Under the pieces are notes generated by a model. The model was not told where the DNA came from and did no database searches. It was given only the letters and a program-made list of their open reading frames with translations. Shown here piece after piece: positions 18,829-29,211 of a DNA stretch of 64,000 nucleotides (position 1 is the first letter of the stretch; each line of letters opens with the position of its first letter). This DNA comes from Candidatus Zixiibacteriota bacterium (GTDB taxonomy: Bacteria > Zixibacteria > MSB-5A5 > GN15 > PGXB01): positions 11,040 through 75,039 of the forward strand of contig JAPLUR010000047.1 of assembly GCA_026397505.1 (NCBI GenBank), read 5' to 3'. Both the position numbers and the translations under genes were made by a program.

Positions 18829-19034
18829 TGCGCTTCAACATCGCGGGAGGGCCGGGCCAAAAATGCTGAGTCTGAAAACCAGTGTCGCTGATTGCAGGGT
18901 AAGGTTGTTGCCACCGGCATTCTCCCATTCGGATTTCTTAGCCTATCTCTATAACTAAGATGATTTTTATTAAGAATTTGTCAAGCAAAAAATCACCTTA
19001 AGTGCCTGTCCAGCTTAAAATATAGCCTTTACCC

Positions 19035-19051
19035 CTGTCAGAACCTGACAG
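19035..19051. promoter_or_regulatory. candidate operator palindrome CTGTCAG-N4-TGACAG upstream of the aconitase-family/MFS/PrpD operon
   Basis: Perfect 7(6)-bp inverted repeat about 115 nt upstream of the ATG at 19165. Confidence 0.35.
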
Positions 19052-19164
19052 TTGAACTTGGAATTAATCGGCTTTTAAAATCGCGCTTTACTTTTGGGCG
19101 GGTTCCGGCGTATCTTGGGGCGGAGTATTAAAGCAAATAGCCTTTTAAACCAAAGGTGTCAAAT

Positions 19165-21141
19165 ATGAGACCACAGAATTTAATTGAAAAAATAGCGCAA
19201 CGTTTCGCGGTCGGCCTCGACCAGGGACATCCGGTGCAGACAGGCGATTATCTTTCCATCCGCCCGGCCTATTGCATGACCCATGACAACACCGGTGCGG
19301 TTATCCCCAAATTCGAATCGATTGGAGCGACCAGAATTGCCGACCCGCGCCAGTTGGTTTTCGCGCTCGACCACAATGTGCAGGATACGAGTGAAGAGAA
19401 TCTGAAAAAATACGCCAAGATTGAAGCGTTCGCCAAGGAACACGGCATAGATTTTTATCCCGCCGGCCGAGGGATTGGACATCAGATAATATGCGAAGAG
19501 GGTTACGCCTGGCCGGGGACACTGGTGGTTGCCTCCGACAGCCATTCCAACATGTACGGCGGGCTGGGATGTCTCGGAACGCCGATCGTTCGCACCGATG
19601 CCGCCTCTATCTGGGCCACTCGGCGTACCTGGTGGCAGGTTCCGCCGGTAGCTAAAGTGGAATTGATCGGACAGCTTCCGGTGGGGGTGACCGGAAAAGA
19701 TGTCATTATCACCCTGTGCGGTCTCTATCATAACGATGAGGTCTTGAATCATGCTCTCGAATTCACCGGTGATGGGTTGGCTTACCTTTCCGTAGAACAG
19801 CGTCTTACGATTGCCAATATGACGACCGAGTGGGGCGCACTCGCGGGTGTCTTCCCTATCGATGAAGTTACATACGATTATCTCAACAAGCGGGTCGAAT
19901 ATGTCGCCAAGCGAGGACCGGCCGGGGTAGTATCGGATGAGGACGGCGATGGCGCGCATCCGCGGCTCAACGCCCCCCGGATTGCGGCTCTTCGGCGCGA
20001 TCATACGAAGGCCGATCCCGGAGCTTTTTACGCCAAAGAGCTGACTCTGGATTTATCCATGGTACAGCCTTTTGTCGCGGGACCCAACACCGTCAAAGTG
20101 ATAACGGCGGTCAGCGATATTCGGAAAAAGAATGTTAAGATAAACAAGGCCTATCTAGTTTCCTGTGTCAACAGCCGCACCGAGGATATTTCCGAGGCGG
20201 CGGCCATGGTGCGGGGCAAAAAAGTGGCCGAAGGGGTGGAGTTCTACATTTCGGCCGCCTCGAGTGAAGTTCAGGCGGAAGCCGAGAAGCGGGGCGATTG
20301 GCAGGCGCTCATTAAAGCGGGCGCCATTCCACTTCCCTCCGGTTGCGGCCCCTGTATAGGTTTAGGGAAAGGGATTTTGCAGGATAACGAAGTTGGCATC
20401 TCGGCCACCAACCGCAATTTCAAGGGGCGGATGGGTTCCAGCAGCGCCCAGGCTTATCTGGCCTCTCCGGCGGTGGTCGCCGCCTCGGCCATAGCAGGCA
20501 AAATCGACTTTCCGGGCGATTATCGTTCCAAATTTCCCAAAGGTCAAATACGCAGCGCCCGAAGAGCGGCCGCCGGAACCAGCGAAGTGCAGATAATTGA
20601 AGGATTCCAGGAGACAATCGAAGGGGAACTCATTTTCTGTCATCAGGACAATCTCAATACCGACGGTATTTTCCCCGGCAAGTATACTTATATGGATGAT
20701 TTTACGCCCGAGCAGCAGGCCTCGGTGGTAATGGAAAACTACGACCCGGAATTCGGGAAAATGGTGGAGAAAGGGGATATCCTGGTCGGCGGATTCAATT
20801 TCGGAACCGGCAGTTCCCGCGAACAAGCCGCCACGGCACTGAAATATCGCGGCCTGAGTCTGGTGCTGGCCGGCTCTTTCTCTGAGACTTTCAAACGCAA
20901 TGCACTCAATAACGGGTATCTGGTAATTGAGGCGCCGGAACTGATCGACGACCTGAAAGAGCGACTGGGAACCAAGAGCCTGACAGTCCGCACCGGCATC
21001 GAAGCCATGGTTGATTTCCGCCACTCAGTGGTTCAGGCCGACGGTAAGAGATACCGCATAAGCCCGATGGGAGGGGCCGCTCAGGAACTGGTTATAGCCG
21101 GCGGGCTGGAAAACTGGGTCAGGGCAAAACTCGAACGATAA
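19165..21141 (+). CDS. aconitase-superfamily hydro-lyase, fused large+small subunit (3-isopropylmalate dehydratase/homoaconitase-like)
   Basis: Motifs GIGHQIICEEG, ASDSHSNMYGGLG, SCVNSRTEDI, GCGPCIGLG, NRNFKGRMG. A C-terminal LeuD-like swivel domain follows. Confidence 0.8.
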   Translation: MRPQNLIEKIAQRFAVGLDQGHPVQTGDYLSIRPAYCMTHDNTGAVIPKFESIGATRIADPRQLVFALDHNVQDTSEENLKKYAKIEAFAKEHGIDFYPAGRGIGHQIICEEGYAWPGTLVVASDSHSNMYGGLGCLGTPIVRTDAASIWATRRTWWQVPPVAKVELIGQLPVGVTGKDVIITLCGLYHNDEVLNHALEFTGDGLAYLSVEQRLTIANMTTEWGALAGVFPIDEVTYDYLNKRVEYVAKRGPAGVVSDEDGDGAHPRLNAPRIAALRRDHTKADPGAFYAKELTLDLSMVQPFVAGPNTVKVITAVSDIRKKNVKINKAYLVSCVNSRTEDISEAAAMVRGKKVAEGVEFYISAASSEVQAEAEKRGDWQALIKAGAIPLPSGCGPCIGLGKGILQDNEVGISATNRNFKGRMGSSSAQAYLASPAVVAASAIAGKIDFPGDYRSKFPKGQIRSARRAAAGTSEVQIIEGFQETIEGELIFCHQDNLNTDGIFPGKYTYMDDFTPEQQASVVMENYDPEFGKMVEKGDILVGGFNFGTGSSREQAATALKYRGLSLVLAGSFSETFKRNALNNGYLVIEAPELIDDLKERLGTKSLTVRTGIEAMVDFRHSVVQADGKRYRISPMGGAAQELVIAGGLENWVRAKLER

Positions 21142-21147
21142 GCGGCG

Positions 21148-22497
21148 TTGAGCGACGTGCAACAGGAAGAGATTGGCTTGCAACCCGACCGGCCACCGGC
21201 CGAGATTCCGACCAAACTTCTAAACAAGAATTTTCTGATTCTCTGGCAGGGGCAATTTATCAGCCAGATGGGTAATCAGGTTCATGCGGTGGCAATGATG
21301 TTTTGGATCAAGCATGCCACCGGCTCGGCCACATTGATGGGAGCATTGCTGATGCTTGCCAGCCTTCCGGGCGTGCTGTTGGGGCCGCTGGGGGGTACTT
21401 TCGCCGACCGGCATTCACGACGTAAGATAATTATTTTCAGCGACCTCTTTGCCGGAGTGGCGGTTCTCTCGCTGGCCATACTGCTGTTTTACCTCCCCAC
21501 CAGAACCGAATTGATCATTATCTGGCTGAGTTCCGTATCCGTCATTTTGAGCGTAATAACGGCAGCTTTTGGCCCGGCTATCGGAGCCTCCATTCCCGAT
21601 CTCGTTCCAAGAGATAAGATCGCCGCGGCCAATTCCTGGCGGCAGTCATCATATCAACTCTCATCATTCTTCGGTCAGGGGGCAGGAGGCATTCTATTCA
21701 GAGTCCTCGGAGCGCCGGTGCTGTTTCTTTTCGATGGTTTAAGTTATCTGCTCTCGGCGACCTGCTGTCTTTTCGTAAATATTCCGCAGACATTCCCCGA
21801 AAAGGCGACCGGTTTCAGGGAAGTCATCCGGGCCTTCAAGAGCGACACTATCGAGGGAATGCACTATGTCTGGAAACGGAAAGGGATGCGCGATCTGTTC
21901 TTTGCGGCGACTTTGATAAATTTCTTCTTTTCTCCGTTCGCCACTCTTCTCCCCTTTTATGTCGAGGATAACCTCAAAGCGACTTCGGACTGGTTCGGTT
22001 ACATGCTGGCCACACTCGGTGTCGGCGCTCTTCTCGGATACTTTTTCGCCGGCTCGGTAAAACCCTCGGGACGGGGCCGAACTATAATATTTGTCAGTTG
22101 CCTGATTGGCATTGCCGCTGCCTTTATCGCTTTCGGAATAAACACCGGCACCTATACGGCGCTGTTGTTGATGTTCATATTCGGGTTTCTGAGCGGTACG
22201 GTTAATATTTATGTGGCCACTATCCTTCAATCAACGACGCCAAGTGAAATCCGCGGCCGGGTTTTTGGCCTGCTCGGTGCTATTTCGGGCGGTCTAATGC
22301 CGATTGGCATGGGTCTGGCCGGGGTGATAGCCGACCTGACAGGCAAGAATATCCCACTCATATTTTCCATTTGCGGTATCATATCGCTGCTTGTAACGAT
22401 TTTCCTTGCTACTCTAAGGGATTTTCGTGAGTTTGTGGCCTTCGAGCCCGGCAAGGACGACCAATCCGGAAGTACAATAGCACCTGATTCCGTATGA
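21148..22497 (+). CDS. MFS transporter
   Basis: 12-TM-like hydrophobic profile with MFS loop motifs. TTG start 7 nt after the upstream stop. Confidence 0.7.
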   Translation: MSDVQQEEIGLQPDRPPAEIPTKLLNKNFLILWQGQFISQMGNQVHAVAMMFWIKHATGSATLMGALLMLASLPGVLLGPLGGTFADRHSRRKIIIFSDLFAGVAVLSLAILLFYLPTRTELIIIWLSSVSVILSVITAAFGPAIGASIPDLVPRDKIAAANSWRQSSYQLSSFFGQGAGGILFRVLGAPVLFLFDGLSYLLSATCCLFVNIPQTFPEKATGFREVIRAFKSDTIEGMHYVWKRKGMRDLFFAATLINFFFSPFATLLPFYVEDNLKATSDWFGYMLATLGVGALLGYFFAGSVKPSGRGRTIIFVSCLIGIAAAFIAFGINTGTYTALLLMFIFGFLSGTVNIYVATILQSTTPSEIRGRVFGLLGAISGGLMPIGMGLAGVIADLTGKNIPLIFSICGIISLLVTIFLATLRDFREFVAFEPGKDDQSGSTIAPDSV

Positions 22498-22546
22498 CGA
22501 TTAGAGAATATTTATGTATAGAACATACAATCAGAGAGGAATTATT

Positions 22547-23914
22547 ATGGAGCACTCAATATCACGGCAAATAGCCGAATTCGCGGTCGATTTGCGATAC
22601 GATGATCTGCCCGAGAAAGTGGTGCACGAAGTCAAACGGTACCTCTATGATTCTATCGGATGCGCCTACGGCGGTTACCATACCAAAGATGTAAATATCC
22701 TGCGCGATATTTATCTGGGTATGGGCGGAAGCGGAGAAGCGACCTTGATAGGATTTGGCGACCGGATCCCGGCGGTCAACGCCACGCTGGTAAATTCGCT
22801 CATGATACGCGCCCTCGATTTCAACGACATTTATTGGAAAGAGGATCCTTCGCATCCCTCCGATATCATTCCGGCGGCTCTATCCACGGGCGAGATGATG
22901 GATGTGTCGATGAAAGATGTCATCACCGCTATTGTCCTGGCGTACGAATTCGAACAGCGTCTCTGTGAATTTGCCGTTCCGGGCGTTCGTGAGCGCAAAT
23001 GGCATCATGCCACCTTGACCCAATTTGTTTCCCCGATCGTAGCCGGAAAAATACTGGGCCTTACGGTTGACCAGATGGTGCATGCCATCGGCATCAACGG
23101 CGCCCATAACCATACGATCGGCTGCCCCACCGCCGGGCAGTTGACCATGATGAAAAATACGGTCGACCCGATGGCGGTGCAATCCGGTGTCTTTGCCGCC
23201 CTTATGGCAAAAAAGGGATATACCGGGACAGAGAAGGTTTTCGAGGGCAAAGAAGGGCTGATGGATGTTTTTGGCCCCCAATGGGCGATAGAGAAACTCA
23301 CGGGGGGACTCGGGGAGAAATATAAAATTCTCGAATGCAGTATGAAAGCATTTCCGACCGAGGCGCTGACCCATACCCATATCACGGCGACTCTGAAAGT
23401 GGTCATAGGGCACAATATCAGTTACGATCAGATTGAACGGGTTACCGTGACCACGATCGCCCGCGCCTGCGACATTCTTTTCGACCAACACAAATATCGC
23501 CCCCGGTCGCGCGAAACGGCCGACCACTCTCTGCCTTATTGTATCGCCGCCGCCCTGGTCGACCATCAGGTCACCACGCAGTCGTTCTCCGAGGAAAAAC
23601 TTCAGGATAAGCGGATATGGGAAGTAATCGACAGAATCAAGGGAGAGGCCTCGATGGAGTTCGAAAAGATGTTCCCGGCCAAGCAACCCTCAAAGGTGGT
23701 GGTTAGGACCAAGGACGGCCGTGAATTTTCGGAATATCTTGAATATCCCAAAGGGGACCCGCGGGAGCCGATGACCACGGAGGATCTCGAGGCAAAATTT
23801 GACGCCCTTTCTTCAAAGCTCCTTTCTCCGGAGCGCCGAAAGGAAATTCGGGAAGTGATTTTTGCATGCGAGAAAATGAAGACGCGGGATTTCATGCATC
23901 ACCTGACAGTATGA
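22547..23914 (+). CDS. MmgE/PrpD-family protein (2-methylcitrate dehydratase / cis-aconitate decarboxylase family)
   Basis: N-terminus MEHSISRQIAEFAVDLRYDDLPEKVVHEVKRYLYDSIGCAYGG is typical of the PrpD family. Length about 455 aa. Confidence 0.8.
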   Translation: MEHSISRQIAEFAVDLRYDDLPEKVVHEVKRYLYDSIGCAYGGYHTKDVNILRDIYLGMGGSGEATLIGFGDRIPAVNATLVNSLMIRALDFNDIYWKEDPSHPSDIIPAALSTGEMMDVSMKDVITAIVLAYEFEQRLCEFAVPGVRERKWHHATLTQFVSPIVAGKILGLTVDQMVHAIGINGAHNHTIGCPTAGQLTMMKNTVDPMAVQSGVFAALMAKKGYTGTEKVFEGKEGLMDVFGPQWAIEKLTGGLGEKYKILECSMKAFPTEALTHTHITATLKVVIGHNISYDQIERVTVTTIARACDILFDQHKYRPRSRETADHSLPYCIAAALVDHQVTTQSFSEEKLQDKRIWEVIDRIKGEASMEFEKMFPAKQPSKVVVRTKDGREFSEYLEYPKGDPREPMTTEDLEAKFDALSSKLLSPERRKEIREVIFACEKMKTRDFMHHLTV

Positions 23915-23991
23915 TTTATCGAAAAATAAGAAGGCGGTCCATAAATGGGCCGCCTTTCACATCCGGATGATATTTATCGCCGCAGGTCAGA

Positions 23992-26622
23992 TCACAGGAT
24001 TAATACCAATTTCCCGATCTGATTGCCAAATTCCGATTCGACCACATAGTAATATATGCCGGAAACGGCCGCCTGTGTATTGCGGGTGATCAGGTCCCAT
24101 TCATCGTGCATACTTCTGGGGGAATCTTTCGGCATATCATGATCGATCTCTCTGACCAGATCGCCGTCAATAGAGAAAATCCTGATTTTGCACTTATGCG
24201 GCAGATTTGTAAAATGAATACGGCGCACACGGTCGTCAGCCATTTCCTCCTGGCCTCGTCCCTCAAAGCCTCCGCCTGCCTCTTCACGATAGTTGGCATC
24301 GATACGATACGGGTTGGGATAGACGACCACCTCGAGGCCCTTCGATTCAACCAGGCTGCTCTGATACTGGGCATATTCGGCCACCATATTCGCCGAATAC
24401 TGGCTTTCAAGTGATTCCAGACCGCTGCCGGGAGAGCCGTAATCAAAAGCGGTTACCGTAACATAGTATAACTGCGACGGCAGCAGGTGTTTAATTGAAT
24501 ATTCATATTCATAATATTTGAATTTCCCGTCTTCGGTCAGTTCTTCCGGATGATAAACTCTGGTCGAGTCGAAATTCAGAATGGTCGGAGGATGCTCATC
24601 AGGATAAACCTTATGAATCAGAGTGGTGTCGTGCAAATTGGAGACATTCCAGTCCTTCTTAATGAAATAGAAAAACGAATCGCGCCACTCGAAAAGATTG
24701 TCGCGGTCAAAGCGCAGCGGGTCGAAATATTCGCCATACAGGGTTCTCAGAGAATCCAGCGAAAAAGGGATATCTTTCAATTCGAAAAATCGCCGAAGCG
24801 GATTCCAGATATATTTCTGATAATCGTCAACGTCGCAGGAGGCCACCATGACAAAGTCGGAGGATTTTGGTGAGAGCGATCGGTAAACCCGATATCCCTC
24901 GAAATCAACCACCCCGCTGAACACATCTCTTTCTGTCTCCGAACGCAAACCGTTCCAGCGGATGCGCATCTCCCCCTCATTATAACTGTTGATACTTGGG
25001 TAGACTTTCAGAACCGGCGCCGGAGGCGGAGAGGCGCCGCGAAAATCGGGGACACCATCCCCCTCATAGAAATTGGTATCGGCCCGCAGATAGACGATGG
25101 TTGTTTCAATGACCGGCGAATCCCCGGTAGTATCGATCCGGAGCATCGAGTCTAAAACGCAAATACGATATTTACCCTTATAGCCGTCGCCGTCGGTATC
25201 ATACCCCGGATTGTCATATATCCATGAGGCCCAAAGAGAATTGCGGCCGAGGTCCTCGAAATTCATGTAGTTATAATAGACTTCCGGAAAACTGGGGTTG
25301 AAGAGATTTCTGAACGCATTGCAGTCAGTATAGAGATTTTCGCCGGCGATATAGGCGAGGCTCATCGGAAGAATTTCGCCGGGGGCGATATCGAAGGGGC
25401 CCCAGGAGAGAAGATAACGAGTATCATATCCATCGGCAAAATCGGCCGCTTCTTCCGATGGCGGCAGCCAGCCTTCCGCGGTATTATCCTTGGCACTGAA
25501 TAACTGGTCATAATCAAATTCGACATGCCTCATAACATAATATTTGTTGCGGTCACCTTCCGGAGTCCCCAGAAACCCGCCGAAATCACGGAATGGATCC
25601 TCCGGAGTGCCGGCCAATCGGGGACCGAAATCGCTGGCGGCATCACCGTTGGAAATCCACCAGTTGAACGAATATTCGAGAGAATCGGAAGGGGTCCGGA
25701 TCACCCGCGAACCGGTCAAGGAGGTCAGCGAATTGTTCTCCGAGAAAGGACAGGGGTCACCATTGTCCTGCTTGCCGTCATTATCGGCGATCCAGGCAAC
25801 ATTGATGGTGTCGATAAAACCACATCCAAAAGGAGAAGGAGTAGCCCGCCGGAAACCGCATATATCATCGGCATACCCCGTGGCTCCGCCTGGCGAGTTA
25901 GTAACATCGGCATCAACATATACCCCCATACATACTTTTTTCAGCGGCTTGCGTCCGATATTTTTTATGGAATAGTCAAAAAGGACAAAATCCTCGGCAT
26001 AGGAATAACTCCACGCATATGATCTCTGGGTAACTTCGATATTAAGGGGAATATGCGGGCGGTTGTCATAAGGATCCATCTCGACCAGACTCGGCCGGGT
26101 CACGGTATCAGTATATATGGCGATATAATCCTGTTCCGAGACAGCCAGAGAATCGTCCGGATCCGCAATAGAATGATATTCAACCCTTCCTTTCGGCCAG
26201 GGATCGGGCCAGAGTTCCTTGGTGAAATGCCAGCCATCGGCTCCAACCGTGACCAGTGTATCACGGTCAACGATGGCACCTATCCAGAAAGCGCCCGCAA
26301 AGAGATAATTCAGACGCCCGGGGTAAGGATAGATACAAGAGGGCGCCGGGCCGCCGGTCAGCGGGTCGGCCACTCCCGAAATGAAACCTGTTCCAAAATG
26401 CCCCTGATTGGAGACGGTCAGACCAATCTTGCCGATATTGTGCACCCCCACACTGACATACGGCTCATCGGCGGAAATCTTGCCGACAACAGGTAACGGA
26501 GAACTTTCGGGAAGAATCGTTCGCGCCGAGGTCATCCAAGGTGATAACCCCCAGATAAAGACCAGTGCAATCAATAGAAATCGCCAGCTATTATATTTTC
26601 TCATAAAATTCTTCCCAACCAT
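23992..26622 (-). CDS. large secreted protein with T9SS C-terminal sorting domain (insertion-containing CTD)
   Basis: N-terminal signal/TM. C-terminus VVVYPNPYRID...IHFTNLPHKCKIRIFSIDGDLVREIDHD...SGIYYYVVESEFGNQIGKLVLIL follows the T9SS CTD pattern. Confidence 0.7.
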   Translation of the reverse strand: MVGKNFMRKYNSWRFLLIALVFIWGLSPWMTSARTILPESSPLPVVGKISADEPYVSVGVHNIGKIGLTVSNQGHFGTGFISGVADPLTGGPAPSCIYPYPGRLNYLFAGAFWIGAIVDRDTLVTVGADGWHFTKELWPDPWPKGRVEYHSIADPDDSLAVSEQDYIAIYTDTVTRPSLVEMDPYDNRPHIPLNIEVTQRSYAWSYSYAEDFVLFDYSIKNIGRKPLKKVCMGVYVDADVTNSPGGATGYADDICGFRRATPSPFGCGFIDTINVAWIADNDGKQDNGDPCPFSENNSLTSLTGSRVIRTPSDSLEYSFNWWISNGDAASDFGPRLAGTPEDPFRDFGGFLGTPEGDRNKYYVMRHVEFDYDQLFSAKDNTAEGWLPPSEEAADFADGYDTRYLLSWGPFDIAPGEILPMSLAYIAGENLYTDCNAFRNLFNPSFPEVYYNYMNFEDLGRNSLWASWIYDNPGYDTDGDGYKGKYRICVLDSMLRIDTTGDSPVIETTIVYLRADTNFYEGDGVPDFRGASPPPAPVLKVYPSINSYNEGEMRIRWNGLRSETERDVFSGVVDFEGYRVYRSLSPKSSDFVMVASCDVDDYQKYIWNPLRRFFELKDIPFSLDSLRTLYGEYFDPLRFDRDNLFEWRDSFFYFIKKDWNVSNLHDTTLIHKVYPDEHPPTILNFDSTRVYHPEELTEDGKFKYYEYEYSIKHLLPSQLYYVTVTAFDYGSPGSGLESLESQYSANMVAEYAQYQSSLVESKGLEVVVYPNPYRIDANYREEAGGGFEGRGQEEMADDRVRRIHFTNLPHKCKIRIFSIDGDLVREIDHDMPKDSPRSMHDEWDLITRNTQAAVSGIYYYVVESEFGNQIGKLVLIL

Positions 26623-26856
26623 ATATAATTTGCCTGTAAATCAATCCAATGAACTTTCATTCCTCTATCGGATAAGACGACTTTGAAGGGAAATTTAACT
26701 AATTGAGGCTTATTTTGCAAGACCGAACAATAACCGGAGGCCGAAAAAACGGCCGGGGCATTGGAGAAGACGGCTCAGCCCCTTTGCAGAATCCGGGAGG
26801 AAAGGGCAAAAGAAAGGCAGGCTGATAAGGCCTGCCCGGAAATTGGAAAGTATATT

Positions 26857-29211
26857 CTATTTTTTGAATCGATAGTAGACGACCATCGCCATCCCAAGGA
26901 AAATGACGAATGTCCCCAGCCAGAGGAGGTTAATGCCCGGTTTGATGGAAACATCCAGTATCAGCTGATCCGGCGGAGAAGATTCGGCCAGACCCGGAAT
27001 GGAAAGGGTCACAGATCCCTCACTGGCGTTAACCCGCTCGAGTATTATATCATAATTCTGCCCGCTGAAAAGCTTGACCGGCTCCGGGATCATATTCGGT
27101 CCTCCCTGTTCAGCCGCCAGTGGATTGGAAACCAAACGCGGTGTGACCGTCTCTCTGGTGCCTTTATAATCGACCTCCAGAGTCGCTCCCACCGACATCC
27201 CGCCCGAGGTGGCATGGGCGCTCATATCATAATCAACAAATCTGATTATGAAATCCCCCGCGGGGGCCGATTCCCCTTTCCGTAATTGGAGGGCGCCGGC
27301 CTGAGGCATTTCCTGAATATCCTGCGGCGAAAGATATAAATCGTAAAAGAGGCCTTTGCGGATATAGGGCTTTTTCATCATCCCTTCCATCCGTTTGGTA
27401 TAGAAGAATTGAGGCCGGGCATCAATTTTGGTTCCTTTGTCTTCAAGAGTCAGCAGAATTTCATTGTTCGTCTCCTGTATGGAACCGGCCGTACCGTGAT
27501 AGGTGATGCCGTATTTAAAAGCCGACTGCTTTCCTTCCCGGGGAATTGTGATCTGCTCGCTGGAAGAAAAGGCCGAGGAAGCGAGAATCCCAACCAGCAT
27601 CAATCCGAACCCAAAATGGCAGAGGTGCCCGCCGACCAGTTCCATTCGGCGCGGAATATACTGGATAATGATAGCGACATGGGAACCGGCGGCGGCTATT
27701 GCCGCACCGATAAAAATCAGATATTCGACCGATCTTACCCCCAGAACCAATGCGATAATGATTCCCACCATTCCTACCGCTAAAGCCTGTGAAATCTGTC
27801 TGATTAAAGGCCACCCCTGCATGTAAAGAATTATCACGCCCAGATAAATGAAAGCAGTGATTCCTACAGTGAAGCTTAATGCTTTGAGAACGTAAAGCGC
27901 CGCAGCCACGATCAAAGCGATTCCAAAAGCAAAAATTGCTTTCGACTTGATATTCTCAATTTTAAATCCGGGTCCGGCCAAGAATGGGCTGAGGGTCAAA
28001 AAGAGACTGACGATAATGGCCAGAGGGAACGCAAAAGCGTTATATGTGGCGACATCGGCGGCCGCCGGTGACGAGGTAAGATATCTGGTGATCAAAGGAA
28101 GCGATGACCAGAAAAGCACGACCGCACCTATTATCAAAAAGAGCACCATCCCGACAAAGAGCATGAAATCACGGGAAAAAATATTATAGTTGAGCGGGGC
28201 GCCAACCTTATCGGGATTCCTCGAAATTAGGAATATGGCCAAAGTCAGGGCAAGAAAGGCCAGAAGAAAACCGACCAGCATGCCATTGATACCGAGGTCG
28301 ACCAAGGAATGGACCGAAAAATCGGCCAGCACGCCGGAACGAGTTAGAAAAGTGCCATAAATCACCAGGAAAAAAATAGAAGCGGTCAGCAGAAGATTGG
28401 CGCGCCGAAGCGCTCCGGAACGGCGCTCGATAAGAAGGCCATGAATCAGGGCAATAGAAATCACCCAGGGGACGAAAGAAGTATTTTCCACCGGGTCCCA
28501 GGCCCAGTAACCGCCCCAGCCAAGTGTCTTATAGGCCCAATAGCCGCCCAAGACATTGGCGACTATCAGGGCAAGAGAGGTACTCGCGACATAAGGAAGT
28601 GTGATTTTGAGCCACTGCGAGAAATCGCGTTTGACCAGTGCGGCCAGGGCAATAGCAAAGGGAATCCCGGCCATGGCAAAGGCAAGGAACATGACCGGCG
28701 GGTGAATCACCATCCAGGGGTCTTGAAGGAGCGGATTGAGCCCGGCCCCTTCAGTAGCGGCAAATTCGAGCGGCCGGAATGGCGATAGACCGAAAACCAG
28801 GATACACAAGAGAAATAAATGCACCAGGGAATGGAAAAACATCCCCCAGGTGGAATATCTTCCGGTTCGAGAAAGAATGAAAAATCCGAAAAGGGTGCTC
28901 AGGAATAACCAGAGCAGATAGGTTCCCTCCTGCCCGCCCCAGAACGCCGAAAGGAGATAGAAAAATGGGAGGTCGGAGGAAGAGTATTCAAAAACGTACT
29001 TTATGGCGAAATTGTGCGTGAAAAAAAGGTAATACAGATATCCCAAAGCAACGGTCGCGAAGGTCATCTGAAGAGCATAAGCTTTGGTTCCAAGATCGGA
29101 GAGGTTTCTTTTACCCAGGGCGGTCAACAGAAACGCGACTCCGGAAAGGAGGGTCATGGCAAAGGCCAAGACGAGCGCAAAATCACCCAACTGTCCCGGT
29201 GCCATTATCAA
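26857..29211 (-). CDS. ccmF: cytochrome c-type biogenesis heme lyase CcmF
   Basis: WWD motif WGGYWAWDPVEN. Polytopic protein of about 784 aa. Sits in the ccm operon. Confidence 0.85.
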   Translation of the reverse strand: MIMAPGQLGDFALVLAFAMTLLSGVAFLLTALGKRNLSDLGTKAYALQMTFATVALGYLYYLFFTHNFAIKYVFEYSSSDLPFFYLLSAFWGGQEGTYLLWLFLSTLFGFFILSRTGRYSTWGMFFHSLVHLFLLCILVFGLSPFRPLEFAATEGAGLNPLLQDPWMVIHPPVMFLAFAMAGIPFAIALAALVKRDFSQWLKITLPYVASTSLALIVANVLGGYWAYKTLGWGGYWAWDPVENTSFVPWVISIALIHGLLIERRSGALRRANLLLTASIFFLVIYGTFLTRSGVLADFSVHSLVDLGINGMLVGFLLAFLALTLAIFLISRNPDKVGAPLNYNIFSRDFMLFVGMVLFLIIGAVVLFWSSLPLITRYLTSSPAAADVATYNAFAFPLAIIVSLFLTLSPFLAGPGFKIENIKSKAIFAFGIALIVAAALYVLKALSFTVGITAFIYLGVIILYMQGWPLIRQISQALAVGMVGIIIALVLGVRSVEYLIFIGAAIAAAGSHVAIIIQYIPRRMELVGGHLCHFGFGLMLVGILASSAFSSSEQITIPREGKQSAFKYGITYHGTAGSIQETNNEILLTLEDKGTKIDARPQFFYTKRMEGMMKKPYIRKGLFYDLYLSPQDIQEMPQAGALQLRKGESAPAGDFIIRFVDYDMSAHATSGGMSVGATLEVDYKGTRETVTPRLVSNPLAAEQGGPNMIPEPVKLFSGQNYDIILERVNASEGSVTLSIPGLAESSPPDQLILDVSIKPGINLLWLGTFVIFLGMAMVVYYRFKK

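Noticed and set aside
19180-20004. 274-aa minus-strand ORF antisense to the aconitase-family gene
   Set aside because: Embedded in a gene with clear family motifs. Typical high-GC antisense ORF.
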